64,000 nucleotides of DNA from Phoronis australis (taxonomy: Eukaryota; Animalia; Phoronida): the NCBI GenBank assembly GCA_002633005.1, contig NMRA01000306.1:291866-355865 (forward strand), in the 5' to 3' direction. Below, piece after piece: positions 59,850 through 64,000 of this stretch. Numbering within the stretch: the first letter of the stretch is position 1; each line of letters opens with the position of its first letter. The position numbers were made by a program, and so were the translations under genes. Below the pieces are notes generated by a model. It was not told the DNA's origin, searched no databases, and worked only from the letters and a program-made list of their open reading frames with translations.

Positions 59850-62713
59850 CGTTTTACAACAACGCCCCTTATGATTTATTTTTGCTTCAAATTACAGGTC
59901 ACAGCTGCGACAATAACTCAATGGCGAACAAATCCATGTTCCGAGTATCATATGATTGCAATATGGGTTAGCCGTTCATACTAATGTTCTATTTTTAAAT
60001 GTGTATGAAAGTCTTTAGAGACCCGTCATGCCACAAACCGGACCCGCTCTTCACAATTACGAGCACACATAGAAACGACTGTTTAACCTCAAATGGAAGT
60101 ATTTTTCTCACCTTTTCACTCGATAGATTTGTGGTCACCGACATTTCTTAATCACTGCCTAAAACATTGGAGTTTTACGGTTATGTGCGACCTTATTGAG
60201 GGGCTGTGTACATAGCCAAATTTCTAAAAAAGTATAGATTTTAATTCTCTGAAAGTAGAAAGCCTGGAAAAGTTTCTCAGACATTTTTTTCAAAACTGTC
60301 ATTAATTGGGTCACGTGACAAGGTGTATTTAATAAGAGATGTACATTCATACCTAAATCTATATGTTGCAAATATTCAGGATGACATCTCAAAAACGCTG
60401 TTAATCTTTTCTAAATTACCAATTCTGCTTCGTTTCTCCAACATTTGATTTTTTCAGGAATGCCATAAAAGTTCTATTTTTTGGTACCTACTTATAAAAA
60501 CTGAAAACAAATGCTTTTAGTGTTGTGTAGAACACTGTATAAAGAAAGTTATCTGAAAATTTCACATAACTCTTATGAGCCGTTTCTGAAAAACGATGAT
60601 ATGAAGTTAGCCAACTTGGACATAATTTAACGCAAATCAACAAATTTAAATGTGCTTAGAAATATGTATATTTGTCAAATAAGAATAAAACACAGAAACA
60701 AGTAATAAAATCGTGGTTGCTATCAGTGGTTCATATTTTGGTCATGCGTAGTAGGCCGTGTAACTCGCGACATGTTCAGCAGACCGTCATGCTTTGGGAG
60801 TCTGTAACACCAAATGCGTTCTCAGAATTACCGAGCCCGTCCTAAAATTGAGTTGGGGGCGGCCGGAAACGGGCAACAGAGACCAACAACATACGACTCC
60901 GTCAGTGGGGCCCTTACTCAGATTGTATACACTGTATGTAACAAGTAGCCCCGACGTTTATTCGGTTCTCGGTTCTAACTTTGTGTGACACGGCCCTATG
61001 TGGCGATGCGATGTCGCGAACTGAGTCCTTTACATTCCTATAAGGTATCCCGTCATTCCTTTTTAAGCCCACACGTGTACAGCGCATGTAAGGTAGAAAA
61101 GAGCGCACAGTATACATGTAAAACAGCAATTGTTCACCATTCAATTTACTTGTCGAATTCGTCACAAAATCGACAAAACGCCACTTTATGGCGGCAATTG
61201 TTTGACTAAGTTGCCAAATAATTTTGCAGAGTCTGACAAAATTCTGCCGTGGATGTATATTTTTTAAACTACTATACAACTACGATTGCTGTATTTTCTT
61301 CTACACCACCACTACCACCACCACCGCCACAACCACCCTATACATAGAAGAGTCATACTTCATCTGCTGCAGTGGCAACAAATATTCTACGAGATTTGAG
61401 GCAACTGGGAATACAGTCCTTGCAAAAGTATCAAGGAATTTGGTAATCAAACATTATTAGGTTTTTAATGTATACTTAATTTAATTTAAGAATTCACAAC
61501 AAACACAACTTTATTGTCGTTCAGTTTATAGTGCCTTATATTTCGCGATTTGGCAATCGCGCTGATCGTAATTTCACTTTCAGGTAAAGAAATGGTTACA
61601 AGGGTCTTCAATGTAAATAAGATATCAGTACTAGAATGAAATGGGAAAATTAATAAAAACAATAAATACGCTGAGTGTAGAGTTCTGCCGAGTTGAATAA
61701 TGTTGTCTGCCATACTCAGTTCACTCAAGCACTTCGAACTAGTCAGTGCATGACTTCTGACTAAAGCACTTGTGTATTTATACATGTAGGTTTTTATTCG
61801 AACAAAATGTCATCCAATTTTAAATCTTGTTATAGAAATACATTGCTTTGACTAAAGAGCTATGTCTTCCATTATAAGCTTTGCAACACATTGTGCTTTG
61901 ATACATTATTCTACATTTTCACGAAATGGTTTCAGTCAGTTGATATTTAATTGATTGTTATAGTACATATCGTGACAGGTATGTAGAAAATACGAATATG
62001 GCCTTAATTGCATTTTCAGTTCAGAAAATTAGTTTACCCCAGGGTACACTGCTATCCAGACGAAAAGTTTTGTTCTTGACCAAGAGCAAACATACTGTAT
62101 ATTTGGCGGTCCGGAATTTCTTCAATATATTGATGCGTATTACTTTTGTCTGATGCTTAGAGTCTCAAACGCAACGATCTCAAGGTTGTATACAGCGTAT
62201 CTAGTCAAAAATTCAATCCAACATAATTGTCGATTAGTGATCTTCGGCGTCCACTGAAACCATGCACAAAATTGCCAAGGTTCACTTTAAATTCTGTGGG
62301 TACACAAAAACAGTTAAAAAAGTATCACACTATCATAGAACTATGCACACTGTGTGGAGAAAAATTCCGGTTAATCCGGCGTGTCTTATTAATGAAAACG
62401 ACGCCAATAATTCGATAACTTAGAAACGACGTGGAGGATTCTCATTTAGTGTATTTCAGAAATTACGTCCACGATGCCCTGCCCATCAAGTTAATATATT
62501 CCCTTTGAACTTATTTGGTTCAAATGAGGCAAAAACACAACTTCAGACGAACACTGTGTAGGAGGAACAAGTCAGTAGATCCGGGCGACTGGCTTCCAGT
62601 GAATAGTAGCGACAAACGCTATTAGTTCTCGTCCACTGTGGTCACTATTTCGAAGTTCCATATGCACTCCACATATGTACAATGTGGCGGAGGTTCTTTG
62701 CATACTTCCTTAA

Positions 62714-63991
62714 GGTTATCTCCAACCTTATTTAGTGGCCTCTATTCTAACTCGTATATCAAAAATAAGCTTTGTCGACTAGTAAAATTATATTTTTTTC
62801 TTAAAAAAAGATTAGGAATTATAAAAATAATTTTGTATTCATGTACCATTATTATTTTTATGTAAAAACCTTTTTCAAGTCAAAATTTTATTTTTAAGAA
62901 AGGTATTTTCATAGCAAAATAACCCCTCTGTCGATTTTAATGAAAGGTTTTTAAATGAAAACTTCACCAGTTATCTCAAAAACGATGTTAGGAATTTTCC
63001 ATTAGTCGTTTCGTTTGGTTTCTATGACAAATCAACTCCCAAAACGTAAGGTGTCGCTAAAAAACGGAAGTCCGTTTTCGAGAACTCGTGTTCCGAAGTT
63101 CAAATAAAGTCGATTTGCCGAAGCCGAGAAAAAGTCGATTAAACTGTGACAAGTAAAAATCTCAAAGTCTTCGGTTAACTATTCGATGAAAACTTGTTTT
63201 CGGTACACATAATCTATAAAATCCTTAAATATGTTCGCTATTTCAATATTCACTCGCAATGTCAACTGATTTTGCAGTGCGTAATTAACTTAATTATCAT
63301 TAAAACGTACCGTATCCAGCTAACTCTTACTGTTGTTTGCGACCTTTTGACCCACTTTTATATAAATAGGTCATAGTTGATTGTTATACACATAGCCTGT
63401 ACACGTCACGTGCTTGGAGACTGATACGAAACCAAGTAAGAAATGGATAACAAAAATCGAATCGGTGGTTAAAGCATGTCCTTAGCATGAGATCGAAACA
63501 TTGAAATGTCAATTTATTAATTGAATGAAAGAATTAGGGTGAGGATTTATCTCTTCGCAACTGGCTGTGCACATGACCACAGAGGCCTGAGGCGACCGTA
63601 ATATTCGTTCTCACCGCCAACGGTCGTATGCATGTAGACGCACATCTCCCTAGATCAAAACTACGTTTTGTGTTTGTTTTCCCCGGCACCATTCTACCAT
63701 AAGTACACCTCGTTAACTCAATATTATGGCGATTTTGTGAATGAAAGGACTGAGGGCATACGAAGCTGTTCTGTACCTGGCGGGAGATTCGATTTGAATG
63801 AAAGCCGTTTAACCTATGACCTCGGATAAGTAGCAAACAAATATCCACGCCGTTGTGCGGTTTCAAGGTGGTCCGGTTAAATCTTTTTTTTCAAGCTGCT
63901 CAGTGTATATTTTGTATTTGAAGGTCCCCGAGAATGAAGATAAGGTATTTTGCAAAAATGGCATTTTTTGTAAATAAAGTTTGAGATAACC
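62714..63991. mobile_element. 1.28-kb Kolobok-like non-autonomous DNA transposon
   Basis: TIR GGTTATCTCCAACCTTATTTA vs GGTTATCTCAAACTTTATTTA (19/21), TTAA on both sides. Confidence 0.85.
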
Positions 63992-64000
63992 TTAAACGAC

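Noticed and set aside
1-64000. Prokaryotic-type systems (operons, CRISPR, defence islands)
   Set aside because: All coding sequence is spliceosomal-intron split and metazoan in type; there are no long uninterrupted ORFs.

Overview
Animal (probably marine invertebrate) draft-assembly DNA, AT-rich and intron-rich, with isolated Ns and one gap. The ORF track is mostly uninformative; genes were rebuilt by hand from GT-AG exons with consistent phases. On the + strand (about 1.0-27.1 kb) there are 23 well-supported coding exons of extracellular mosaic protein(s). Block A (5'-partial) reads F5/8C-F5/8C-TSP1-farnesoic-acid-O-methyltransferase-like domain. Block B reads possible signal peptide-PAN/apple-C-type lectin-F5/8C-6xTSP1. 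These are either two tandem paralogues or one long gene. On the - strand (31871-47900, possible first exon at 58423-58473) a convergent, intact 7-exon heterotrimeric G-protein alpha gene has a Gq-type exon layout but strongly altered P-loop, G3, helical-domain, N-terminal and C-terminal motifs. Introns and intergenic DNA hold MITEs (TTAA-flanked Kolobok-like, CACTA-like, palindromic), a likely solo LTR, minisatellites and a 660-bp duplication at an N that is probably an assembly artefact. Domain names come from motif recognition only; no database search was run.
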